A stretch of 64,000 bases of DNA from Eledone cirrhosa (lineage: Eukaryota): assembly GCA_964016885.1 (NCBI GenBank), contig OZ024742.1, positions 121,396,001 to 121,460,000 of the forward strand, in the 5' to 3' direction. How positions within the stretch are numbered: the stretch's first letter is position 1; the number at the start of each line of letters is the position of its first letter. The translations under genes were made by a program, and so were the position numbers. The notes under the pieces are model-generated. The model ran no database searches. It was not told where the DNA came from and worked only from the letters and a program-made list of their open reading frames with translations. This document shows positions 47,090-64,000 of this stretch, one piece after another.

Positions 47090-47123
47090 ACACACATATA
47101 TATACACACATATATATATACAC

Positions 47124-47203
<80 letters not shown>

Positions 47204-49413
47204 TATATACACACACATATATACCGCACACACACATACATATATATATATACACCGCACACACACACACACATATATATATATACACCGCACACACACA
47301 TATATATATACACACCGCACACACACACACATATATATATATATACATCGCACACATACATATATATATATATATATATACACAACGCACACACACATAT
47401 ATACACACCGCATACATACATATATACACCGCACACACATGTATATATATACACACCGCACACACACATATATACGAGGTGTCAGAAAAGTTCCAGGACT
47501 GATGTCACAAAAGATTTATTTCAAACCCAAACTTCACACTAAGAGTTTTCTCCTTCAAAGTAATCCCCCTGGAGTCTAATGCACTTTTCCATCCTTTTCT
47601 GCCACGCTTGCATGCACTCCTGGAAGGATTCTTCCGGGATCCTCCGCATTCCGTCGTCACGGCCTTTTTGATGTCGTCCACGTCTTCAAAACGGGTCCCC
47701 TCCGGGTCGTACTCGAAGATCCATGACTTATCACCGGTGATGACTGTCCCTAGCAAGTCTGGTTCGGTTTCAAGACGCCCGAGGATGTCCTGGCACACTT
47801 GCATGCGTCGACCCTTCTGGTCATCGTTCAGCAGTTTTGGCACCATCTTCGCGCAGACTTTCCGCATGTCCAAATCTTCAGTGAAAATCTTCCAGACGCT
47901 GTCCCGATTCATGCCCAGCTCATTTACCATCAGTCGAACAGTCAACCGACGATCGCTACGCACCCTCTGCCTGACGCACTCAACGTTGACCTCAGTCCTG
48001 GTTGTTGAGGGCCTTTTGCTCCTGGGGTCATCTTCCACGTCCTCGCATCCTTCTTTAAACCTCTTGCACCACTCAAAAACACGTGAGCGTGACACCGTCT
48101 CATCTCCATACACTTGCTGCAGCAATCTCAGTGCTTCTGACGGAGTTTTCCCCAACCGTAGCAGAAACTTCAAGTCTATTCGTTGCTCTGTGCTCATTGC
48201 TTGACGACCTGAAACAGAGGACATATATATGATATTATGAAGACAAATTTTGATCGCTGCAGAGAGCTAAGATTACAGTTACATACTCCAGGGGGATTAC
48301 TTTGAAGGAGAAAACTCTCAGTGTGAAGTTTGGGTTTGAAATAAATCTTTTGTGACATCAGTCCTGGAACTTTTCTGACACACCTCGTATACACACCGCA
48401 CACACATATATATATACACACCGCACACACACATATATACACACACCGCACATACACATATATACACACACCGCACATATATACACACCGCACACACACA
48501 TATATACACACCGCACACACATATATATATACACACCGCGCACACACATATATACACACACCGCACACACACATATATACACACACCGCACACACATATA
48601 TATACACACCGCACACGCACATATATACACACCGCACACACACACACACATATACACACACAGCACATACACATATATACACACCGAACACATACACATA
48701 TATACACACCGCACACATACACATATATACACACCGCACACACACATATATACACACCGCACATACACATATATACACACCGCACATAAACACACACACA
48801 TACTTACAGACCGCACAAACGCATACATATGCATACACACCGCACAAACGCATACATATACATACACACCGCACAAACGCATACATGTACATACACACCG
48901 CACAAACACATACATGTACATACACACCGCACAAACACATACATGTACATACACACCGCACAAACACACATACATACACACCGCACAAACACACAACATA
49001 CATACACACCGCACAAACACACACACATACATACACACCGCACAAACACACTACATACATACACACCGCATAAAACACACACATACATACACACCGCATA
49101 AACACACACATACATATACACCGCACAAACACACACATACATACATACCGCACAAACACACACATACATACACACCGCACAAACACACAACATACACACC
49201 TACCGCATAAACACACACACATACATACACACCGCACAAATACATACATACATATACACCGCACAAACACACACATACATACACACCGCATAAACACACA
49301 ACATACATACACACCGCATAAACACACACACATACACACCGCATAAACATACACACTTACACACCGCACAAACACACACATACATACACACCACACAAAC
49401 ACACACACACACG
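47090..49413. repeat. CA/TA-derived minisatellite (unit about tatatacacaccgcacacacaca), interrupted by a mariner
   Basis: The accgca anchor recurs every 20-28 bp on both sides of the mariner. Confidence 0.93.
47475..48387 (-). mobile_element. internally deleted mariner transposon with about 100-bp TIRs and TA TSD
   Basis: TA|cgaggtgt...ccccctggagt and actccagggg...acacctcg|TA. ORF 47505-48224 has EQR..KF, HTH, VEDDPRS.RP, CAKMVPKLL, TGDKSWIFEYDPE fused directly to GTRFEDVDDIK, so the catalytic core is deleted. Confidence 0.94.
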
Positions 49414-49533
49414 CGATGCATATATTTGTGTAAAGTATATATGATTGTAAAGCAACGGTCAGTTTACTGGTTTGTGTTTGTATGTGTGCAGTGCCAACGA
49501 CACGTTCGTCGACAATATTCAATGGTATATTTA

Positions 49534-49654
<121 letters not shown>

Positions 49655-49917
49655 CTTTATAAATAACAATCAAAGAGTGTTTTAGAACATCTAATCACTA
49701 ACGATCGTTTCATCCAAGCACAAGGCTGAATCATCGGATAATTTTTCAAACTCTATTTTAAGATGGAGTTGTTTATGTTTAGTATATATGGCTTTCTCCA
49801 TCCTATTCAAATATGTGATGCTTTTTCTGATGATACCAATTATTCTATATTGGATTTTACTTTGCTGATTATATTTACTCAACATTAATTCCTTTGAATG
49901 GTTTGATTAATAATAAT

Positions 49918-49975
49918 TGTTTCTACTTTTGGCACAAGACCAGCGGATATTCCAGTGCATTACTGGTACTTTAAC
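49918..49975 (-). mobile_element. SINE family 1 3' stub with 18-bp TSD
   Basis: ggtttgattaataataat at 49900-49917 and 49976-49993. Confidence 0.85.
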
Positions 49976-50899
49976 GGTTTGATTAATAATAATAACACTT
50001 TAACTTTGCTGTTTATTTTGCTGACTACACTCAACCGACATTATTACCTTTGAAAAATAATAGCTTATCTTTATATTTATGACTGAAAAACGCAGTCGAA
50101 CCTTTTTTTTTATTAAATACTTTGGAGATGTATTTTTATATTATTAAATTTATATTGAATCTATGCACCTGCCTTTATAAACTTTTGTAATGTTTATTTA
50201 CTAATTATGAATTTAATATATACTCCCGTAAAACTTTAGGCAGTATCTGACTGCGCTTTCTAGCAGCTAACCTACCTGCCGCTGGTCACCATTCACAACA
50301 TTCTACTTTGACCACTAGCCACGTGATGATTCTTAGCCATTTTTGAATTCATTTCTGGCGGTGATCACTGTGGAAATTTTAGTCAAAACCTGAGGGGTCT
50401 CTTGAGAAGCTCGACTCTTCATGGATAATACCAAGATTGGATATATCCACAAAGTGCGAGCGAAACTGTCGACAGTCGGGACTAGAGGAATTAAGGTAAA
50501 GTTTATATGCATTTTTTCTTCTAACTTATATTTTAGACTTAGCTCCGTTTAATTGATTATTTGTCTAGTTAATTTCTACGGGCTAAAAGGAATGACGAGA
50601 TACATTTTATCTGACTGTTCCTCGCGGAAAATAGTGTGTATCATTTGTCTATTATTTCTTCATAGCCTCGTTTAAATGATTATATATCTGGTTGATTTCT
50701 ACGGACTAGGGTGAGGAAAGACTGGATATATTTTATCTAATAATTCTTCAAACTTGCAATTTTATATATAGCTCTGATTAATAATTATTTGCTTCATTAA
50801 ATTTTTCCTTGAGCCACACCGTGAAAGGTAGCCACACTCATATATCTATCTGTTACTATGTCTAAATATATACATATATATCCCTATGAATTATCCCTA

Positions 50900-50982
<83 letters not shown>

Positions 50983-50985
<3 letters not shown>

Positions 50986-53521
50986 GGTGTTCCAGAATCC
51001 CACATTTTACACAAAAGTGTTTTTCTCTTAGCTCCCTATACATTTTCTCATGCCATTTTGTATATTATCAAATTATAATGTAATTTTGATTATTATAGAC
51101 TAATTTAAGCCTTGCCTAATAGTTGCAAATTGGCAGAATAATGGCGGAAACCAGTGGGCCTAGTTGTAGCTACTCGCTCCGTTGTAATGATCGAGAAATA
51201 TGGCTCTGGGGCAATATGTTACATCCTTTTCACCAAACAAAACACCAACAAAGGGGGATGTACTAAGACATTTCTTCTACCTGAAAGATAGTCCTATGAA
51301 ACACGAAAAGCATGTGAGCTTCAATGGTGCTATTGCGGATAGGCTTGTGATGGAAGTAGTTAGTCAGTGGGAAAAAACTGGTGTGGCGACTCAACGAAAA
51401 GACAAAGTGAAACTGAAAATTATGAACATGTACAGTGAATACAGAAATTTACAAAAAAACAAAGGTTCTAAGTCAAACAAAGAAAAGGAAGCACTATTTA
51501 TTTCTGAATTGGATTCGTATTTCTACATTGCACATACTGATGCTGTAAAGAAAATTTTGAAAGACCGTCTTCGTAATAATGAACAGAAAATGGAAGATAC
51601 TACATTTCTCGAAGCCCTGCGTTGCCAGAAAAAAGTATCTCTGGGTGCCGAAGATAAGGGTTACCAGAAAAAGGTATCTTCAAAGTTTAAGCGTGATCAG
51701 GTTTCTGTGTGGCTCGTCGAGAGTCAGAGAACCATAGAAAGCGTAATGAACTGAGTGAGGGTGGGACTGACATAGACGCCACAACTCTCTCCAAGAATAG
51801 TAGCAGACGTGCAGCTAAGAAGAACAGAACTGTGGGGAATGAGCAAATAAAGGAACAATTTGCTGTACCAGACTTTGTTACCTTGCATTGGGATGGCAAA
51901 ATAATTCCTGGTGACCACGAGAGGCTAGGTGTGATAGTTGCTGGAACTCCAGACTTCAGAGAAGGTAAACTCCTCGGTGTTCCCATAATTCCTGATGGCA
52001 CTGGAACCACCCAAGCCAAAGCATCATTTGATCTTGTTAAAGATTTGAATGTTGATGGGTCTGTGGTGGGCTTGGTCTTCGACACAACTGCTTCGAATTC
52101 TGGATGGAAAAATGGTGCCTGCGTGAAACTAGAAGAAATGCTCAACAAAAAGGTGTTTTACTTTGCTTGTCGGCTCATGTCATGGAGCGTATCTTGTGTG
52201 CAGTGTGGCAACAACTATTCAGAGCAATGTCCAGCCCAGACACCCTGGGGTTCAAGGAGTTAAAAAAAAATTGGGTGTCACTCACGGACAAGACCAACTT
52301 TAAAACATTGAACATTGTCGACCGGAGACTCAAGCGTCAGTGTTCTGAGAACATCAAGTTCCTCCAAGATTTGCTGACATCCGACGTTGGGAAAATGAGT
52401 TCTCTTCCACGGGACGACTACCGAGAATGTGCCGAGTTGAGGTTGATCTTGCTTGGTGTCACCCCTCCTCGTGGAATTCATTGGATGCTGCCTGGTGCAC
52501 ATCATAACGCTCGGTGGATGTCCACAATCATCTATAGTCCAAAGATGTATGCATTTGGTGAGCGACCCAATTACGATCAAGCTAAAATGGAAGCGTTGCG
52601 CCGGATCTGTATGTTCAATGCTCTGTTCTACGTGCGATACTGGCTGACAGCAGTCAAGTGTGCTGATGAACCATCCAACGACCTTCAATTCTACGTGGAG
52701 TTGACACAGTACAGTAAGGTTGACAGAGATCTCTCGCAGGCAGCCACTACTGCTCTGAGCAGGCATCTTTGGTACCTGACAGAGGAAGCCATTCCGCTAG
52801 CGCTATTTTTAAGTCGGGTCCAAGAGTCTGAGAAGAAACAAATAGCCCAACGTCTTGTCAAAACGAAAACGTCTGGGCCTCTCGACCGTGGTGCTCCAGT
52901 ATTTCCCGAGTTGAAGTCGTCCACGAAGCTGCCTCATCTAGTTGGGAAGAAATCAAGGCTTCTGTTCGATCTCCTTGGTCTCGACGATACTTGGCTTGAG
53001 CTGTAACCTGCAACTTGGTCATCACAAGCGTCATATCAAAATGCCTGTGCTGTTGTTCACAATATCAAGGTAGTCAACGATCTGGCGGAGAGAGCAGTCA
53101 AGTTGATAACTGATTTTTTTGCCATCACCAAGAATGAAGAGGAGAAGCAGTGTGTTCTTCAAATATTCGAAGCTCATCATCGCAAGTGTCCCAGATTTCA
53201 AAAAAGAAACTCTGAAAAAAATATGACTGGAGTTAACTTAACTGAACTTGTTTCTTCCTTGTACGCCTTTATATTCAAAGCTGGTTTACTAAACATAATG
53301 GATTAATAAAATAAGCAATTATTGTATGGTCATATTTGGTTTCACATTTTCATGATTTCATGCAACATAATCACACTTACCACTATAATCACCATGATAT
53401 AGGCAAGACTCAAAATAATTTATTTTATACAAAATATGTTTTATTTTACCAATTGGGGCATTTATAATGGGAAAATACACAGGGAGCGTTAGTACTGTGA
53501 CCTTGCTTTTTATGGCACACT

Positions 53522-53524
<3 letters not shown>
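50983..53524 (+). mobile_element. hAT-like (hATm-type) DNA transposon copy 1, defective transposase (ATG 51141)
   Basis: Imperfect TIR tagggtgttccagaa / ttatggcacactctt in (TA)n. Motifs LHWDGK, FDTTASNSG, ACR.H, PRDDY, PGAHHNARWM, HLWYL, VVNDLAERAVK across frameshifts. The subfamily name is from recall. Confidence 0.85.
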
Positions 53525-57938
<4,414 letters not shown>

Positions 57939-57939
57939 T

Positions 57940-60683
57940 AAACGTTAAAACAAGGTTCAATGAATACATCAAAGAATGAGTTTTACAATAGATTGGAAGC
58001 ACTCAACAAAAAAAGGTTTTCCAGAGTTATTAATATTAATTCAAAATATTAACAAAATAGATATTCTTGTGATCAAATATATTTTATTATACATATTTCA
58101 GAGGAAATGAGTTAAGTTCAACAGTACGTCCTCATCAGATAAAATAAGATGATGCATGACATACCCTGATATAGTAGAAGGTTAAGATTCAGTCATGGTA
58201 GTGATTAACATATGACAAAACTCAATATTTATACCCTAATATTGAGAACATGAGGAAAATATATAATACAAACAATAAAGAGGGTGCGTGTAATACAGCT
58301 TAAAAAATACATGGCATCAATATAACAGTTAAAATTTTTTTAAAAACTACTGAAGAAAGAGGAAAGAAAGGAAAGCATGGAGGAAGAAACAGCTGATGTG
58401 ATAATATATTTAGTAGGTGGCTCGAAAAACAAATGAAAGATGATTAAAAAGAGAGAGAGAGACAAAGGGGAGTAATTTATGTTCAAGTTTATAGACAATT
58501 AACCATATATGCCATATATATCCAAATTTATTTAGTTGGCCGTTAATATTCAAAATATTTAATTTAAGTTATTTCAGAGTAATGAGTAATATTTTAGGTT
58601 TTAAAAGTTAATAGGTATTTGTATTAATATTATAATTATACTATCAAGTTTAATTTCTAAAATTCAAATTTTATGAAAACAAATTTAAAGGATTTACGAA
58701 ACACGAGAAAGAAAATCTATAATGCTTTTATACCCTCACGAAGGTAATCTTTACCAAAATTATTTATAATATTGACAACAGTTTATATAATATAATTTAT
58801 AAAATAATTATAGTTATAATTATTAAAGAATTTATGGTTAAATAGTTTGAGTGCCTAAAGGATCAACTGGCCTTATAACTAAACTTAAAGAAGTCTGAAT
58901 TTTTAATTATATATATGTGTTAATCAAAAAATATACAAGGATTACAATGTCTAAATAGATAGCTCCTTCCCTAGTCAACATAAATACCACTCCATATTTA
59001 ATAGACACACAATTAAACTTTCTTATTTTACAACTATGAATATGGCCCAAAACATCGCTTAACTAAGTAGTATAATTCTAAACCAAAATCAACATAATGC
59101 TATTAATAATAGTGTTAATATAAATAATAATAAATCGAAATGTAATTGTAGAAATAAACCAGATTGCCCTCTGCAAAATAATTGTCTGGATAGAAATCTG
59201 GTGTATAAATGCACCGTAAAAACAAATAACAACACATACAACTACATAGGAGCAACTTCGACATTTAAATCGAGATTTGCGAATCACAAATGCTCATTTT
59301 CGAATTTTAATAGGAAGTCTTCGACTTCTTTATCACAACTTATATGGTCATTAAGACAAAAATTTAAAATACTCGATCTTTTGGACGAAGCTTTGTAATA
59401 GTAAAATATATACGAACTCTTCTATATCAACTAACTGCAACCTCTGCACAAAGGAGACCCTATTAATAATGACTAATTATGAAAACTTAATTAACATAAA
59501 AAGTGAATTATTCTCAAACTGCCTGCATAAAGCTTTGTCTACATTCCAAGCCTCGCAAAAAGTCAGGAAAAAAACACTAAACAATCAGGCCTTAATTTTT
59601 GACGTCTCTTATCAACTGTTGGGCCTAAAAAGTCATAACGGTTTATAAAACTTTAATAATGCTTTATCTTCTAATCATTTATGATAGAATTAAAGTTAGA
59701 ATGAAGGATACTCTTTTGATAACTTTACTTGATAAATATGCACACCTTAGGGTTTCTTTTGGATATTTATAATTTTGATTCAGATCTTTATTTATCTGTC
59801 TCTGTTTTAAATATATAATTTGGATATTTAACTTGTAAATGTACCGATTATAATTGAACTCTAGATCATTCATGCGTTTGCATATTTTACTCATTTTGAG
59901 TACGTTTTGGTGACTCAGAAAGTTAGATTTGAATTTATTTATTTTTTATATATATCTAGGTATAAATATAACAAACCATAATAGTCGACAAATATTGGTC
60001 TCTCTCTCCACTGAACTGGAGGTAAAACTACAATTATAGCATTACTAATAATGATTATAATTATTTATTTATTAAATGTATACCGTTTCATTAATACCTA
60101 TAATAATATCTCTATATAGTTGTACAAATATGTTTATCTAGTGTAATAACATACTCGTAGTTACATTTATAAATAATTTAGATACTCAAATGACTCTATA
60201 TTGTTATAAGTGTTTGATATTCCCTGGAAGTTGGAATTTATATAATCATTTTTATTTAATATAATATAATTTAATTTAATTTAATTTATTTTAATTAAAT
60301 TTAGATTACCTTCGGCTTTTTCAAATATTTAGGTCCTCTTTCTATCACATTCGCTAAAATATTTTAGACGTATCTTTTGTCTACTATATATTAAAACCCT
60401 AATACATTTATAATATATATTTTTAATATTGGTCATTTTTAAGTTTTGCAAACAATTCATTATTTTTATTTTTTATTTTTATATTTATTTTGTATCTAGC
60501 CCCTATCATTAGGACTCATGTAGTTTTGACATATATGTTTATAGTATATATCAACTAAATGAAAATAATTGATATAAAACATTAACTTTTTTAACAATAT
60601 TTTTTAACAATATATTTAAACTATATATATTTTTTTAACAATATTTTCAGTAACTTATTTACTATATTGTATTAATATTTGAA

Positions 60684-60690
<7 letters not shown>
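57940..60690. mobile_element. Penelope-like element remnants (inverted 3' end about 57940-58600; forward GIY-YIG and 3' end about 58900-60690)
   Basis: Plus-strand CPLQNNC...VYKCTV...YIGAT..FKSRFANHKCSF...TSLSQLIW...CNLCTKE...KSELFSNCLH at 59165-59530. The terminal attaatatttgaattaata (60670) is mirrored at about 58030. Confidence 0.75.
58080..58146 (-). ncRNA. minimal type I hammerhead ribozyme motif (Penelope-associated)
   Basis: Minus: TATTTTAT-CTGATGA-GGA...TCT-GAAA-TATGTA-TA-ATAAAATA. Perfect 8-bp stem I, canonical core, self-complementary stem III ATATGTAT, weak stem II. Confidence 0.65.
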
Positions 60691-60730
<40 letters not shown>

Positions 60731-60798
60731 TACACACTTCTCACTGTGTAACACATTTCTCTTTGTGTAATATATACTTATATATATATATATATATA

Positions 60799-61906
60799 CT
60801 TAAGGTAAATATTGATGCAATTCAATTGAAGCACCCACACATAGGAGTGACGGAGTATATTTAGAATAAGAAAATGCGAAGTAGTTTCAGATGTTAAAGT
60901 CCTTTAATGATAATTGTTTCTTCTTTTGGCACAAGGCCAGCAATTACCCAGTGTATTACTGGTACTTTATTACACTTTATTACACTTTATTACCTTTAAT
61001 GATAATGCTGATTCATGCATATTTCAATGACGACAGTGGCCACAAGCTTCGGTGTACCCAGTGCCGTGACATCATCAGACATCTTCTTACATAATAAGGT
61101 TATGTTCCCGAGGCAATCCAAATTAAATCGACAAGGGAACGGACAAAGCGTGTGTTTTTGAATCATTCGCCCGTTCCCTTGTGAGTCCCAATTCACCCGC
61201 ACCGGTTGTGCGCAGGCGCAAGTCCGAAGGAAGTTTCAATAGGCCTCAATACTACCCCTAAATTATGCTTGGACAATAGAATTGAGCGCTTAACATTTTG
61301 GAGCTAAATTCTTAAGGTAAATATTGATGCAATTCAATTCAAGCACTCAACGTACTTTTTCCACATAAGAGTCATGGAGTATATTTAGAATTAAAAAATG
61401 CGAGTGATGGTCAATTCTATTGTCCAAGCATAATTTAGGGGTAGTATTGAGGCTTATTGAAATTCATACTCTGCCACCACTACTAGGTTTCGGTTAACTG
61501 CCACTGACAGGGCGACTAGCAGTAAACTATAACCGTGTCATATTACAGACTTGGATGGGGGGTGATTGTTTCGTTGGGTTGTGAGGGGACCTGCCTAGGC
61601 GAGTTTCGTAGAGTTTTGGGGTAGTGGATGTTCAACTTCCTTCGGACTTGCGCCTGCGCAAACCTATACGGGTGAATTGGGACTCACAAGGGAACGGGCG
61701 AAGGATTCAAGAACAGACGCTTTGCCCCTGTACCCTTGTCGATCAATTTGGATTGCCTCGGGAACGTAACCTTATTATGTAAGAAGCTGTCTGATGATGT
61801 CACGGCACTGGGTACACCGAAACATGTGGCCATTATCGTCATTGAAATATGTATCACAGCATTATCATTAAAGTACTTTAACATCTGAAACTACTTCGCA
61901 TTTTCT

Positions 61907-61909
<3 letters not shown>
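60799..61909. repeat. complex inverted/direct duplication, probably Penelope-derived
   Basis: 60868-61234 is inverted at 61634-61909; 61234-61285 is inverted at 61408-61462; 60799-60879 is repeated directly at 61311-61403. The left arm carries a SINE stub (60915-60970) with TSD ctttaatgataat. Confidence 0.85.
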
Positions 61910-61999
<90 letters not shown>

Positions 62000-62405
62000 C
62001 ACGCATGATGGTGAACTAGCCTGTTTTAAAATCCCTTTTTGGCATATTAACCAGTGAGAAATTTTGGTTATCGAGTTGAGCTCTGCTGAGGATCGAATTC
62101 CAACCGTGACCATCTCCACTGAAAGTTTTCGTGAAATAGTCTTCAAGACTATACAGAGCATTTGTAGTTGTCCCAAATTGAAGGATGAGTATTTTAGACT
62201 TTATTTTATCATGAGTTAAGGGTCTATTGATTCTTCCCTGGATTTCACTAAATTCTGTTGGATGAATCTATATCCTGATTCTTTTTGAGTTGAGTTTGAA
62301 TTATTTTTCCCACATCTTACGTTAACTATTTTACCAATTTTGACGCTATAGTCACTTATATATTATGGAATACTGTTGGCTTTTTGCTACAATATTTTCT
62401 ATACC

Positions 62406-63188
<783 letters not shown>

Positions 63189-63827
63189 TGTGTGTGTCTG
63201 TGTGTGTATTAATAGGGCTGCGTGTATTAAAACTGCTACAGAATTCAAAGATCACAGCGTGAACAATGTTTTTATACATCTAAGTGAAATAAATAGTTCA
63301 CATTTTGTGAGGAGTATGAAATTGTATAATTACTAATATAACTATCAAAGCAACTGTACCGGACAGAGCCTTTAAAAAAAATTGATGATTAGAAATAAAG
63401 AAGCAGCTTTTTCTTTATACTTACCCTGAAATTGAACGATTTTGAAAAAATAAAAAAACTTCAAATCTTAGGTTCGTGTCTTGAATCATCAAAACTCATA
63501 ATTTAATTTCTAATAATAAATATTTTAAAAAGAGGTGCTAACGTTGAGAGCTCTGAATTCGCAAGAGATTTTACGTAACCACCTCTACTTCTACTGCTAT
63601 CATATAAAAAAGGACACAAAAAGAAATCATTTTAACCGTGCTTTATATGTAAAAAATAAAATTGAGAATCGAAAAAAAAAAAAGAATTGTGTAGCATTTG
63701 CATGACCTGTAAGGAAAAGTGGATAAGAAATGAAATTGGTGAGTTAAAAGAAAATATTTTTCCTAAAAATTCCATTTTTTATTCACCCCTTTTTTATGTA
63801 CTTAAAACAGACATAATAACAATAACA

Positions 63828-64000
63828 ATAATTTCTACGTTTGGCACAAGGCCAGCAATTTTCCCAGTGCATTACTGGTGCTTTATTTTATCGACGCCGT
63901 AAGGATGAAAGGCAAAGTTAACCTCAGCAGGTTTTGAACTCAGACTGTAAAGAGCCGTAACTCTATGCTGCAAAACATGGAGTCCGACCCTCTACCGATA
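63828..64000 (-). mobile_element. SINE family 1 copy running off the window end
   Basis: Tail, core and B box (ttgaactcag) present; preceded by aacaataat. Confidence 0.9.

Noticed and set aside
62000-62400. Possible RT fragment (KGILKQASSP) on the minus strand
   Set aside because: Too short and degenerate to support.

Overview
Animal (eukaryotic) genomic DNA, probably octopus; that is inferred from recalled resemblance to octopus SINEs and from microsatellite load, not from a search. No host protein-coding gene is evident and the window is almost entirely transposable elements and simple repeats. Its core (about 14.4-39.5 kb) is a nested stack of non-LTR retrotransposons separated only by (AAT)n tracts. 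It holds two tandem Tx1/L1-clade elements on the minus strand, with near-identical ORF2 but divergent ORF1. It also holds five R4/Dong-type RLE elements on the plus strand: one full-length intact, one long 5'-truncated, one 174-bp stub, one 5'-inverted, and one old decayed copy of another family. About 20 copies of a tRNA-derived SINE share their 3' terminus with the Tx1 element and sit in 13-18 bp TSDs ending in ATAAT, which suggests a Tx1-SINE partnership with TAA/TTA target preference. The 1.1-kb Dong leader resembles a Tx1 5' end and carries conserved GT-AG intron signals. A second stack in (TA)n (about 50.9-61.9 kb) has two hAT-like (hATm-type) transposons and Penelope-like remnants, one with a hammerhead ribozyme motif. 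An IR/DR-type Tc1, an internally deleted mariner, RTE/L1 remnants and many micro/minisatellites are also present. All identities are by-eye estimates.
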